DNA from: Caecitellus pseudoparvulus | Taxonomy: Eukaryota > Protista > Bigyra: Bicosoecida | DNA length: 64,000 nt | Assembly: GCA_965644315.1 (NCBI GenBank) | Contig: CBFFRQ010000068.1 | Location: forward strand, 1,302,001 to 1,366,000 | Direction of reading: 5' to 3' | Shown: positions 12,134 through 24,100 of the stretch, piece by piece | Layout of the letters: each line of letters begins with the position of its first letter | Position numbering within the stretch: the stretch's first letter is position 1 | Program-made: the position numbers and the translations under genes | The notes under the pieces: generated by a model | Database searches by the model: none | What the model was told of the DNA's origin: nothing | Seen by the model: only the letters and a program-made list of their open reading frames with translations

Positions 12134-15100
12134 TCACTTCCGCATCTCTTGAGGGCTAAAAGACCGAACGTTGCGCTCCAGCGCACTGCTCTCACGATCA
12201 CCATCGTCGTAGTCAATGTCATACGTCACCTCACCACGGAAGTTCGGAGCGTTCACACGCGTCACCTTCCCAGGGAACCAACGCGTACCGCGACCCTTGT
12301 ACAGTGCCTCCACACGGTCGCCCACAGCGAAGCCCCCGCTACCGCCCCCGCCGCCCCCACCACGGCCTCCCGGGGTCCCAGGGCGTCCCCCCTCCACACG
12401 CCGCACATTGCGCTCCAGCGCACTGCTCTCACGATCACCATCGTCGTAGTCAATGTCATACGTCACCTCGCCACGGAAGTTCGGAGCGTTCACACGCGTC
12501 ACCTTCCCAGGGAACCAACGCGTACCGCGACCCTTGTACAGTGCCTCCACACGGTCGCCCACAGCGAAGCCCCCGCTACCGCCCCCGCCGCCCCCACCAC
12601 GACCTCCCGGGGTCCCAGGGCCTCCCCCCTCCACACGCCGCACATTGCGCTCCAGCGCACTGCTCTCACGATCACCATCGTCGTAGTCAATGTCATACGT
12701 CACCTCGCCACGGAAGTTCGGAGCGTTCACACGCGTCACCTTCCCAGGGAACCAACGCGTACCGCGACCCTTGTACAGTGCCTCCACACGGTCGCCCACA
12801 GCGAAGCCCCCGCCGCCCCCACCATGGCCTCCCGGGGTCCCAGGGCCCCCCCCCTCCACACGCCGCACATTGCGCTCCAGCGCACTGCTCTCACGATCAC
12901 CATCGTCGTAGTCAATGTCATACGTCACCTCGCCACGGAAGTTCGGAGCGTTCACACGCGTCACCTTCCCAGGGAACCAACGCGTACCGCGACCCTTGTA
13001 CAGTGCCTCCACACGGTCGCCCACAGCGAAGCCCCCACTACCGCCCCCGCCGCCCCCACCACGGCCTCCCGGGGTCCCAGGGCCTCCCCCCTCCACACGC
13101 CGCACATTGCGCTCCAGCGCACTGCTCTCACGATCACCATCGTCGTAGTCAATGTCATACGTCACCTCGCCACGGAAGTTCGGAGCGTTCACACGCGTCA
13201 CCTTCCCAGGGAACCAACGCGTACCGCGACCCTTGTACAGTGCCTCCACACGGTCGCCCACAGCGAAGCCCCCACTACCGCCCCCGCCGCCCCCACCACG
13301 GCCTCCCGGGGTCCCAGGGCCTCCCCCCTCCACACGCCGCACATTGCGCTCCAGCGCACTGCTCTCACGATCACCATCGTCGTAGTCAATGTCATACGTC
13401 ACCTCGCCACGGAAGTTCGGAGCGTTCACACGCGTCACCTTCCCAGGGAACCAACGCGTACCGCGACCCTTGTACAGTGCCTCCACACGGTCGCCCACAG
13501 CGAAGCCCCCACTACCGCCCCCGCCGCCCCCACCACGGCCTCCCGGGGTCCCAGGCCCTCCCCCCTCCACACGCCGCACATTGCGCTCCAGCGCACTGCT
13601 CTCACGATCACCATCGTCGTAGTCAATGTCATACGTCACCTCGCCACGGAAGTTCGGAGCGTTCACACGCGTCACCTTCCCAGGGAACCAACGCGTACCG
13701 CGACCCTTGTACAGTGCCTCCACACGGTCGCCCACAGCGAAGCCCCCGCTACCGCCCCCGCCGCCCCCACCACGGCCTCCCGGGGTCCCAGGCCGTCCCC
13801 CCTCCACACGCCGCACATTGCGCTCCAGCGCACTGCTCTCACGATCACCATCGTCGTAGTCAATGTCATACGTCACCTCGCCACGGAAGTTCGGAGCGTT
13901 CACACGCGTCACCTTCCCAGGGAACCAACGCGTACCGCGACCCTTGTACAGTGCCTCCACACGGTCGCCCACAGCGAAGCCCCCACTACCGCCCCCGCCG
14001 CCCCCACCACGACCTCCCGGGGTCCCAGGGCCTCCCCCCTCCACACGCCGCACATTGCGCTCCAGCGCACTGCTCTCACGATCACCATCGTCGTAGTCAA
14101 TGTCATACGTCACCTCACCACGGAAGTTCGGAGCGTTCACACGCGTCACCTTCCCAGGGAACCAACGCGTACCGCGACCCTTGTACAGTGCCTCCACACG
14201 GTCGCCCACAGCGAAGCCCCCGCTACCGCCCCCGCCGCCCCCACCACGGCCTCCCGGGGTCCCAGGCCCTCCCCCCTCCACACGCCGCACATTGCGCTCC
14301 AGCGCACTGCTCTCACGATCACCATCGTCGTAGTCAATGTCATACGTCACCTCGCCACGGAAGTTCGGAGCGTTCACACGCGTCACCTTCCCAGGGAACC
14401 AACGCGTACCGCGACCCTTGTACAGTGCCTCCACACGGTCGCCCACAGCGAAGCCCCCGCTACCGCCCCCGCCGCCCCCACCACGACCTCCCGGGGTCCC
14501 AGGGCCTCCCCCCTCCACACGCCGCACATTGCGCTCCAGCGCACTGCTCTCACGATCACCATCGTCGTAGTCAATGTCATACGTCACCTCGCCACGGAAG
14601 TTCGGAGCGTTCACACGCGTCACCTTCCCAGGGAACCAACGCGTACCGCGACCCTTGTACAGTGCCTCCACACGGTCGCCCACAGCGAAGCCCCCGCTAC
14701 CGCCCCCGCCGCCCCCACCACGACCTCCCGGGGTCCCAGGGCCTCCCCCCTCCACACGCCGCACATTGCGCTCCAGCGCACTGCTCTCACGATCACCATC
14801 GTCGTAGTCAATGTCATACGTCACCTCGCCACGGAAGTTCGGAGCGTTCACACGCGTCACCTTCCCAGGGAACCAACGCGTACCGCGACCCTTGTACAGT
14901 GCCTCCACACGGTCGCCCACAGCGAAGCCCCCGCTACCGCCCCCGCCGCCCCCACCACGACCTCCCGGGGTCCCAGGGCCTCCCCCCTCCACACGCCGCA
15001 CATTGCGCTCCAGCGCACTGCTCTCACGATCACCATCGTCGTAGTCAATGTCATACGTCACCTCGCCACGGAAGTTCGGAGCGTTCACACGCGTCACCTT

Positions 15101-18100
15101 CCCAGGGAACCAACGCGTACCGCGACCCTTGTACAGTGCCTCCACACGGTCGCCCACAGCGAAGCCCCCGCTACCGCCACCGCCGCCCCCACCACGACCT
15201 CCCGGGGTCCCAGGGCCTCCCCCCTCCACACGCCGCACATTGCGCTCCAGCGCACTGCTCTCACGATCACCATCGTCGTAGTCAATGTCATACGTCACCT
15301 CACCACGGAAGTTCGGAGCGTTCACACGCGTCACCTTCCCAGGGAACCAACGCGTACCGCGACCCTTGTACAGTGCCTCCACACGGTCGCCCACAGCGAA
15401 GCCCCCGCTACCGCCCCCGCCGACCCCACCATGGCCTCCCGGGGTCCCAGGGCCCCCCCCCTCCACACGCCGCACATTGCGCTCCAGCGCACTGCTCTCA
15501 CGATCACCATCGTCGTAGTCAATGTCATACGTCACCTCGCCACGGAAGTTCGGAGCGTTCACACGCGTCACCTTCCCAGGGAACCAACGCGTACCGCGAC
15601 CCTTGTACAGTGCCTCCACACGGTCGCCCACAGCGAAGCCCCCGCTACCGCCCCCGCCGCCCCCACCACGGCCTCCCGGGGTCCCAGGGCGTCCCCCCTC
15701 CACACGCCGCACATTGCGCTCCAGCGCACTGCTCTCACGATCACCATCGTCGTAGTCAATGTCATACGTCACCTCGCCACGGAAGTTCGGAGCGTTCACA
15801 CGCGTCACCTTCCCAGGGAACCAACGCGTACCGCGACCCTTGTACAGTGCCTCCACACGGTCGCCCACAGCGAAGCCCCCACTACCGCCCCCGCCGCCCC
15901 CACCACGGCCTCCCGGGGTCCCAGGGCCTCCCCCCTCCACACGCCGCACATTGCGCTCCAGCGCACTGCTCTCACGATCACCATCGTCGTAGTCAATGTC
16001 ATACGTCACCTCGCCACGGAAGTTCGGAGCGTTCACACGCGTCACCTTCCCAGGGAACCAACGCGTACCGCGACCCTTGTACAGTGCCTCCACACGGTCG
16101 CCCACAGCGAAGCCCCCACTACCGCCCCCGCCGCCCCCACCACGACCTCCCGGGGTCCCAGGGCCTCCCCCCTCCACACGCCGCACATTGCGCTCCAGCG
16201 CACTGCTCTCACGATCACCATCGTCGTAGTCAATGTCATACGTCACCTCGCCACGGAAGTTCGGAGCGTTCACACGCGTCACCTTCCCAGGGAACCAACG
16301 CGTACCGCGACCCTTGTACAGTGCCTCCACACGGTCGCCCACAGCGAAGCCCCCACTACCGCCCCCGCCGCCCCCACCACGGCCTCCCGGGGTCCCAGGG
16401 CCTCCCCCCTCCACACGCCGCACATTGCGCTCCAGCGCACTGCTCTCACGATCACCATCGTCGTAGTCAATGTCATACGTCACCTCGCCACGGAAGTTCG
16501 GAGCGTTCACACGCGTCACCTTCCCAGGGAACCAACGCGTACCGCGACCCTTGTACAGTGCCTCCACACGGTCGCCCACAGCGAAGCCCCCGCTACCGCC
16601 CCCGCCACCCCCACCATGGCCTCCCGGGGTCCCAGGCCCCCCCCCCTCCACACGCCGCACATTGCGCTCCAGCGCACTGCTCTCACGATCACCATCGTCG
16701 TAGTCAATGTCATACGTCACCTCGCCACGGAAGTTCGGAGCGTTCACACGCGTCACCTTCCCAGGGAACCAACGCGTACCGCGACCCTTGTACAGTGCCT
16801 CCACACGGTCGCCCACAGCGAAGCCCCCGCTACCGCCCCCGCCGCCCCCACCACGACCTCCCGGGGTCCCAGGGCCTCCCCCCTCCACACGCCGCACATT
16901 GCGCTCCAGCGCACTGCTCTCACGATCACCATCGTCGTAGTCAATGTCATACGTCACCTCGCCACGGAAGTTCGGAGCGTTCACACGCGTCACCTTCCCA
17001 GGGAACCAACGCGTACCGCGACCCTTGTACAGTGCCTCCACACGGTCGCCCACAGCGAAGCCCCCACTACCGCCCCCGCCGCCCCCACCACGGCCTCCCG
17101 GGGTCCCAGGGCCTCCCCCCTCCACACGCCGCACATTGCGCTCCAGCGCACTGCTCTCACGATCACCATCGTCGTAGTCAATGTCATACGTCACCTCACC
17201 ACGGAAGTTCGGAGCGTTCACACGCGTCACCTTCCCAGGGAACCAACGCGTACCGCGACCCTTGTACAGTGCCTCCACACGGTCGCCCACAGCGAAGCCC
17301 CCGCTACCGCCCCCGCCGCCCCCACCACGACCTCCCGGGGTCCCAGGGCCTCCCCCCTCCACACGCCGCACATTGCGCTCCAGCGCACTGCTCTCACGAT
17401 CACCATCGTCGTAGTCAATGTCATACGTCACCTCGCCACGGAAGTTCGGAGCGTTCACACGCGTCACCTTCCCAGGGAACCAACGCGTACCGCGACCCTT
17501 GTACAGTGCCTCCACACGGTCGCCCACAGCGAAGCCCCCACTACCGCCCCCGCCGCCCCCACCACGGCCTCCCGGGGTCCCAGGCCCCCCCCCCTCCACA
17601 CGCCGCACATTGCGCTCCAGCGCACTGCTCTCACGATCACCATCGTCGTAGTCAATGTCATACGTCACCTCGCCACGGAAGTTCGGAGCGTTCACACGCG
17701 TCACCTTCCCAGGGAACCAACGCGTACCGCGACCCTTGTACAGTGCCTCCACACGGTCGCCCACAGCGAAGCCCCCGCTACCGCCCCCGCCGCCCCCACC
17801 ACGACCTCCCGGGGTCCCAGGGCCTCCCCCCTCCACACGCCGCACATTGCGCTCCAGCGCACTGCTCTCACGATCACCATCGTCGTAGTCAATGTCATAC
17901 GTCACCTCACCACGGAAGTTCGGAGCGTTCACACGCGTCACCTTCCCAGGGAACCAACGCGTACCGCGACCCTTGTACAGTGCCTCCACACGGTCGCCCA
18001 CAGCGAAGCCCCCGCTACCGCCCCCGCCGCCCCCACCACGGCCTCCCGGGGTCCCAGGGCCTCCCCCCTCCACACGCCGCACATTGCGCTCCAGCGCACT

Positions 18101-21100
18101 GCTCTCACGATCACCATCGTCGTAGTCAATGTCATACGTCACCTCGCCACGGAAGTTCGGAGCGTTCACACGCGTCACCTTCCCAGGGAACCAACGCGTA
18201 CCGCGACCCTTGTACAGTGCCTCCACACGGTCGCCCACAGCGAAGCCCCCGCTACCGCCCCCGCCGCCCCCACCACGACCTCCCGGGGTCCCAGGGCCTC
18301 CCCCCTCCACACGCCGCACATTGCGCTCCAGCGCACTGCTCTCACGATCACCATCGTCGTAGTCAATGTCATACGTCACCTCGCCACGGAAGTTCGGAGC
18401 GTTCACACGCGTCACCTTCCCAGGGAACCAACGCGTACCGCGACCCTTGTACAGTGCCTCCACACGGTCGCCCACAGCGAAGCCCCCGCTACCGCCCCCG
18501 CCGCCCCCACCACGACCTCCCGGGGTCCCAGGGCGTCCCCCCTCCACACGCCGCACATTGCGCTCCAGCGCACTGCTCTCACGATCACCATCGTCGTAGT
18601 CAATGTCATACGTCACCTCGCCACGGAAGTTCGGAGCGTTCACACGCGTCACCTTCCCAGGGAACCAACGCGTACCGCGACCCTTGTACAGTGCCTCCAC
18701 ACGGTCGCCCACAGCGAAGCCCCCGCTACCGCCCCCGCCGCCCCCACCACGACCTCCCGGGGTCCCAGGGCCTCCCCCCTCCACACGCCGCACATTGCGC
18801 TCCAGCGCACTGCTCTCACGATCACCATCGTCGTAGTCAATGTCATACGTCACCTCGCCACGGAAGTTCGGAGCGTTCACACGCGTCACCTTCCCAGGGA
18901 ACCAACGCGTACCGCGACCCTTGTACAGTGCCTCCACACGGTCGCCCACAGCGAAGCCCCCGCTACCGCCACCGCCGCCCCCACCACGGCCTCCCGGGGT
19001 CCCAGGGCCCCCCCCTCCACACGCCGCACATTGCGCTCCAGCGCACTGCTCTCACGATCACCATCGTCGTAGTCAATGTCATACGTCACCTCGCCACGGA
19101 AGTTCGGAGCGTTCACACGCGTCACCTTCCCAGGGAACCAACGCGTACCGCGACCCTTGTACAGTGCCTCCACACGGTCGCCCACAGCGAAGCCCCCGCT
19201 ACCGCCCCCGCCGCCCCCACCACGGCCTCCCGGGGTCCCAGGGCCCCCCCCCTCCACACGCCGCACATTGCGCTCCAGCGCACTGCTCTCACGATCACCA
19301 TCGTCGTAGTCAATGTCATACGTCACCTCGCCACGGAAGTTCGGAGCGTTCACACGCGTCACCTTCCCAGGGAACCAACGCGTACCGCGACCCTTGTACA
19401 GTGCCTCCACACGGTCGCCCACAGCGAAGCCCCCGCTACCGCCCCCGCCGCCCCCACCACGGCCTCCCGGGGTCCCAGGGCCTCCCCTCCACACGCCGCA
19501 CATTGCGCTCCAGCGCACTGCTCTCACGATCACCATCGTCGTAGTCAATGTCATACGTCACCTCGCCACGGAAGTTCGGAGCGTTCACACGCGTCACCTT
19601 CCCAGGGAACCAACGCGTACCGCGACCCTTGTACAGTGCCTCCACACGGTCGCCCACAGCGAAGCCCCCACTACCGCCCCCGCCGCCCCCACCACGGCCT
19701 CCCGGGGTCCCAGGCCCTCCCCCCTCCACACGCCGCACATTGCGCTCCAGCGCACTGCTCTCACGATCACCATCGTCGTAGTCAATGTCATACGTCACCT
19801 CGCCACGGAAGTTCGGAGCGTTCACACGCGTCACCTTCCCAGGGAACCAACGCGTACCGCGACCCTTGTACAGTGCCTCCACACGGTCGCCCACAGCGAA
19901 GCCCCCGCTACCGCCCCCGCCGCCCCCACCACGACCTCCCGGGGTCCCAGGGCCCCCCCTCCACACGCCGCACATTGCGCTCCAGCGCACTGCTCTCACG
20001 ATCACCATCGTCGTAGTCAATGTCATACGTCACCTCGCCACGGAAGTTCGGAGCGTTCACACGCGTCACCTTCCCAGGGAACCAACGCGTACCGCGACCC
20101 TTGTACAGTGCCTCCACACGGTCGCCCACAGCGAAGCCCCCGCTACCGCCCCCGCCGCCCCCACCACGGCCTCCCGGGGTCCCAGGGCCTCCCCCCTCCA
20201 CACGCCGCACATTGCGCTCCAGCGCACTGCTCTCACGATCACCATCGTCGTAGTCAATGTCATACGTCACCTCGCCACGGAAGTTCGGAGCGTTCACACG
20301 CGTCACCTTCCCAGGGAACCAACGCGTACCGCGACCCTTGTACAGTGCCTCCACACGGTCGCCCACAGCGAAGCCCCCGCTACCGCCCCCGCCGCCCCCA
20401 CCACGGCCTCCCGGGGTCCCAGGGCGTCCCCCCTCCACACGCCGCACATTGCGCTCCAGCGCACTGCTCTCACGATCACCATCGTCGTAGTCAATGTCAT
20501 ACGTCACCTCGCCACGGAAGTTCGGAGCGTTCACACGCGTCACCTTCCCAGGGAACCAACGCGTACCGCGACCCTTGTACAGTGCCTCCACACGGTCGCC
20601 CACAGCGAAGCCCCCGCTACCGCCCCCGCCGCCCCCACCACGACCTCCCGGGGTCCCAGGGCCTCCCCCCTCCACACGCCGCACATTGCGCTCCAGCGCA
20701 CTGCTCTCACGATCACCATCGTCGTAGTCAATGTCATACGTCACCTCACCACGGAAGTTCGGAGCGTTCACACGCGTCACCTTCCCAGGGAACCAACGCG
20801 TACCGCGACCCTTGTACAGTGCCTCCACACGGTCGCCCACAGCGAAGCCCCCGCTACCGCCCCCGCCGCCCCCACCACGACCTCCCGGGGTCCCAGGGCC
20901 TCCCCCCTCCACACGCCGCACATTGCGCTCCAGCGCACTGCTCTCACGATCACCATCGTCGTAGTCAATGTCATACGTCACCTCGCCACGGAAGTTCGGA
21001 GCGTTCACACGCGTCACCTTCCCAGGGAACCAACGCGTACCGCGACCCTTGTACAGTGCCTCCACACGGTCGCCCACAGCGAAGCCCCCGCTACCGCCCC

Positions 21101-24100
21101 CGCCGCCCCCACCACGACCTCCCGGGGTCCCAGGGCCTCCCCCCTCCACACGCCGCACATTGCGCTCCAGCGCACTGCTCTCACGATCACCATCGTCGTA
21201 GTCAATGTCATACGTCACCTCGCCACGGAAGTTCGGAGCGTTCACACGCGTCACCTTCCCAGGGAACCAACGCGTACCGCGACCCTTGTACAGTGCCTCC
21301 ACACGGTCGCCCACAGCGAAGCCCCCGCTACCGCCCCCGCCGCCCCCACCACGACCTCCCGGGGTCCCAGGGCCTCCCCCCTCCACACGCCGCACATTGC
21401 GCTCCAGCGCACTGCTCTCACGATCACCATCGTCGTAGTCAATGTCATACGTCACCTCGCCACGGAAGTTCGGAGCGTTCACACGCGTCACCTTCCCAGG
21501 GAACCAACGCGTACCGCGACCCTTGTACAGTGCCTCCACACGGTCGCCCACAGCGAAGCCCCCGCTACCGCCCCCGCCGCCCCCACCACGGCCTCCCGGG
21601 GTCCCAGGGCCCCCCCTCCACACGCCGCACATTGCGCTCCAGCGCACTGCTCTCACGATCACCATCGTCGTAGTCAATGTCATACGTCACCTCGCCACGG
21701 AAGTTCGGAGCGTTCACACGCGTCACCTTCCCAGGGAACCAACGCGTACCGCGACCCTTGTACAGTGCCTCCACACGGTCGCCCACAGCGAAGCCCCCGC
21801 TACCGCCCCCGCCGCCCCCACCACGGCCTCCCGGGGTCCCAGGCCCTCCCCCCTCCACACGCCGCACATTGCGCTCCAGCGCACTGCTCTCACGATCACC
21901 ATCGTCGTAGTCAATGTCATACGTCACCTCGCCACGGAAGTTCGGTGCGTTCACACGCGTCACCTTCCCAGGGAACCAACGCGTACCGCGACCCTTGTAC
22001 AGTGCCTCCACACGGTCGCCCACAGCGAAGCCCCCGCTACCGCCCCCGCCGCCCCCACCACGGCCTCCCGGGGTCCCAGGGCCTCCCCCCTCCACACGCC
22101 GCACATTGCGCTCCAGCGCACTGCTCTCACGATCACCATCGTCGTAGTCAATGTCATACGTCACCTCGCCACGGAAGTTCGGAGCGTTCACACGCGTCAC
22201 CTTCCCAGGGAACCAACGCGTACCGCGACCCTTGTACAGTGCCTCCACACGGTCGCCCACAGCGAAGCCCCCGCTACCGCCCCCGCCGCCCCCACCACGA
22301 CCTCCCGGGGTCCCAGGGCCTCCCCCCTCCACACGCCGCACATTGCGCTCCAGCGCACTGCTCTCACGATCACCATCGTCGTAGTCAATGTCATACGTCA
22401 CCTCGCCACGGAAGTTCGGAGCGTTCACACGCGTCACCTTCCCAGGGAACCAACGCGTACCGCGACCCTTGTACAGTGCCTCCACACGGTCGCCCACAGC
22501 GAAGCCCCCGCTACCGCCCCCGCCGCCCCCACCACGGCCTCCCGGGGTCCCAGGGCCCCCCCCCTCCACACGCCGCACATTGCGCTCCAGCGCACTGCTC
22601 TCACGATCACCATCGTCGTAGTCAATGTCATACGTCACCTCGCCACGGAAGTTCGGAGCGTTCACACGCGTCACCTTCCCAGGGAACCAACGCGTACCGC
22701 GACCCTTGTACAGTGCCTCCACACGGTCGCCCACAGCGAAGCCCCCACTACCGCCCCCCCCCCCCCCCCCACGACCTCCCGGGGTCCCAGGGCCTCCCCC
22801 CTCCACACGCCGCACATTGCGCTCCAGCGCACTGCTCTCACGATCACCATCGTCGTAGTCAATGTCATACGTCACCTCACCACGGAAGTTCGGAGCGTTC
22901 ACACGCGTCACCTTCCCAGGGAACCAACGCGTACCGCGACCCTTGTACAGTGCCTCCACACGGTCGCCGATTGCGAATGCGCGATATGTTCCGGTTGAAG
23001 TGTTCTGTTTGGAACTTGGTTCATCTGAACATGGTTGGGATTGTTGTTGGGTGGCTTTTCTTTGGCGTACTGAGGTCGGAGACACCCGCTGACGTATGCC
23101 ACTCGTAGTAAATCTCACGCTGTACGCCGCTGTAGTTCCTCCTTCCTGAATCTCAGCCCGAAGCCAGTTCTTTTTCCCTCTTGGCCGTGCCATTACCTTT
23201 GTTCCTGGTACAAGGAACGGGTTGTTGTCATCGGGAGCTTGGCCTTCCTTCTGCTCACCTTCGGAGGCTTCGTCTTCTTCCCTGATGAGTGACTCGGGCA
23301 CGTCGTAGCGAGGTCGGCCAGAATCCATGTCAAGGTCGTATTGGTGCTCGGCACCTGACTCAGATGGGTACACTGCACGAATTATCCCTGCGGACTCCCT
23401 GCCATTTGTAGAGCTGACACACACCCGGGTTCCAACTTCGAACGCGGGAGGGGGCGACTCTCCTTGTGCTTCGCCAGGTTGCCGACGTGGCGCATGGCGT
23501 CCACTTCCTGCTGAAAGGGCCGGCCATCGTTCTGAGAATCCCAAAGGACGAATGCTTCCCTCAGGGATTCCAGCTTCAAAGTCGCCGTCTTCAAAACTGA
23601 CAGAGTACTCGATGGGACCATGTGCATCACTGTCAGCATCGCCTGAGACTGCGGTGATTGAGCCTGCATAGTACTTTCTTGAAGTTCCAAACAAAGCTTC
23701 CACGCGATCTCCAACACAGAACAGTGCAGCCTGCTGTCCAAGTCCGCCACACACTCGTCCAGAATTCACACCCCCTGCATGACCGAGAAGGCTTGCAAGT
23801 GCTTGTTGAACTCCTGGGGAATTAAAGTGCTGCGAGCCAGCATTCTTGGGCAAAGCTGGTGCAAGCCAACTTGGTGGCTCCAAAGCACTTCCAGAACCTG
23901 CAAGCCGGCTGCCTCTAAGAGCATAGTCTGCAGCCGATCCAGGCACGGACAGCTGTGCAATTTGTTGAACCATGACTTGGAGCTCCTTGGAGGCCCTGGC
24001 TGCGCTCCTGCTCGCAGGTGCAGATTCAGAGCGCGATTGTGACTGCTCGACAATCGCACTCGCGCGCAGAGAAAGCAATCCGCGCAGTTGTGACATTGCA

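Noticed and set aside
22754-22770. Long C-run in one repeat linker
   Set aside because: In frame, encodes the same Gly run, and is probably a consensus artefact of CCCCGCCGCCCCCACC.
12165-22977. CRISPR array or non-coding satellite interpretation of the repeat
   Set aside because: There are no unique spacers and no cas genes, the context is eukaryotic, and the unit is a multiple of 3 encoding a recognisable domain.
12128-23108. Very long + strand ORFs (2314, 2570, 1107 and 786 aa) and dozens of 65-77 aa ORFs
   Set aside because: These are shadow frames of the GC-rich 237-bp repeat. Unit variants are mostly silent only in the minus-strand Tudor frame, and only that frame connects to a unique N-terminal domain region.
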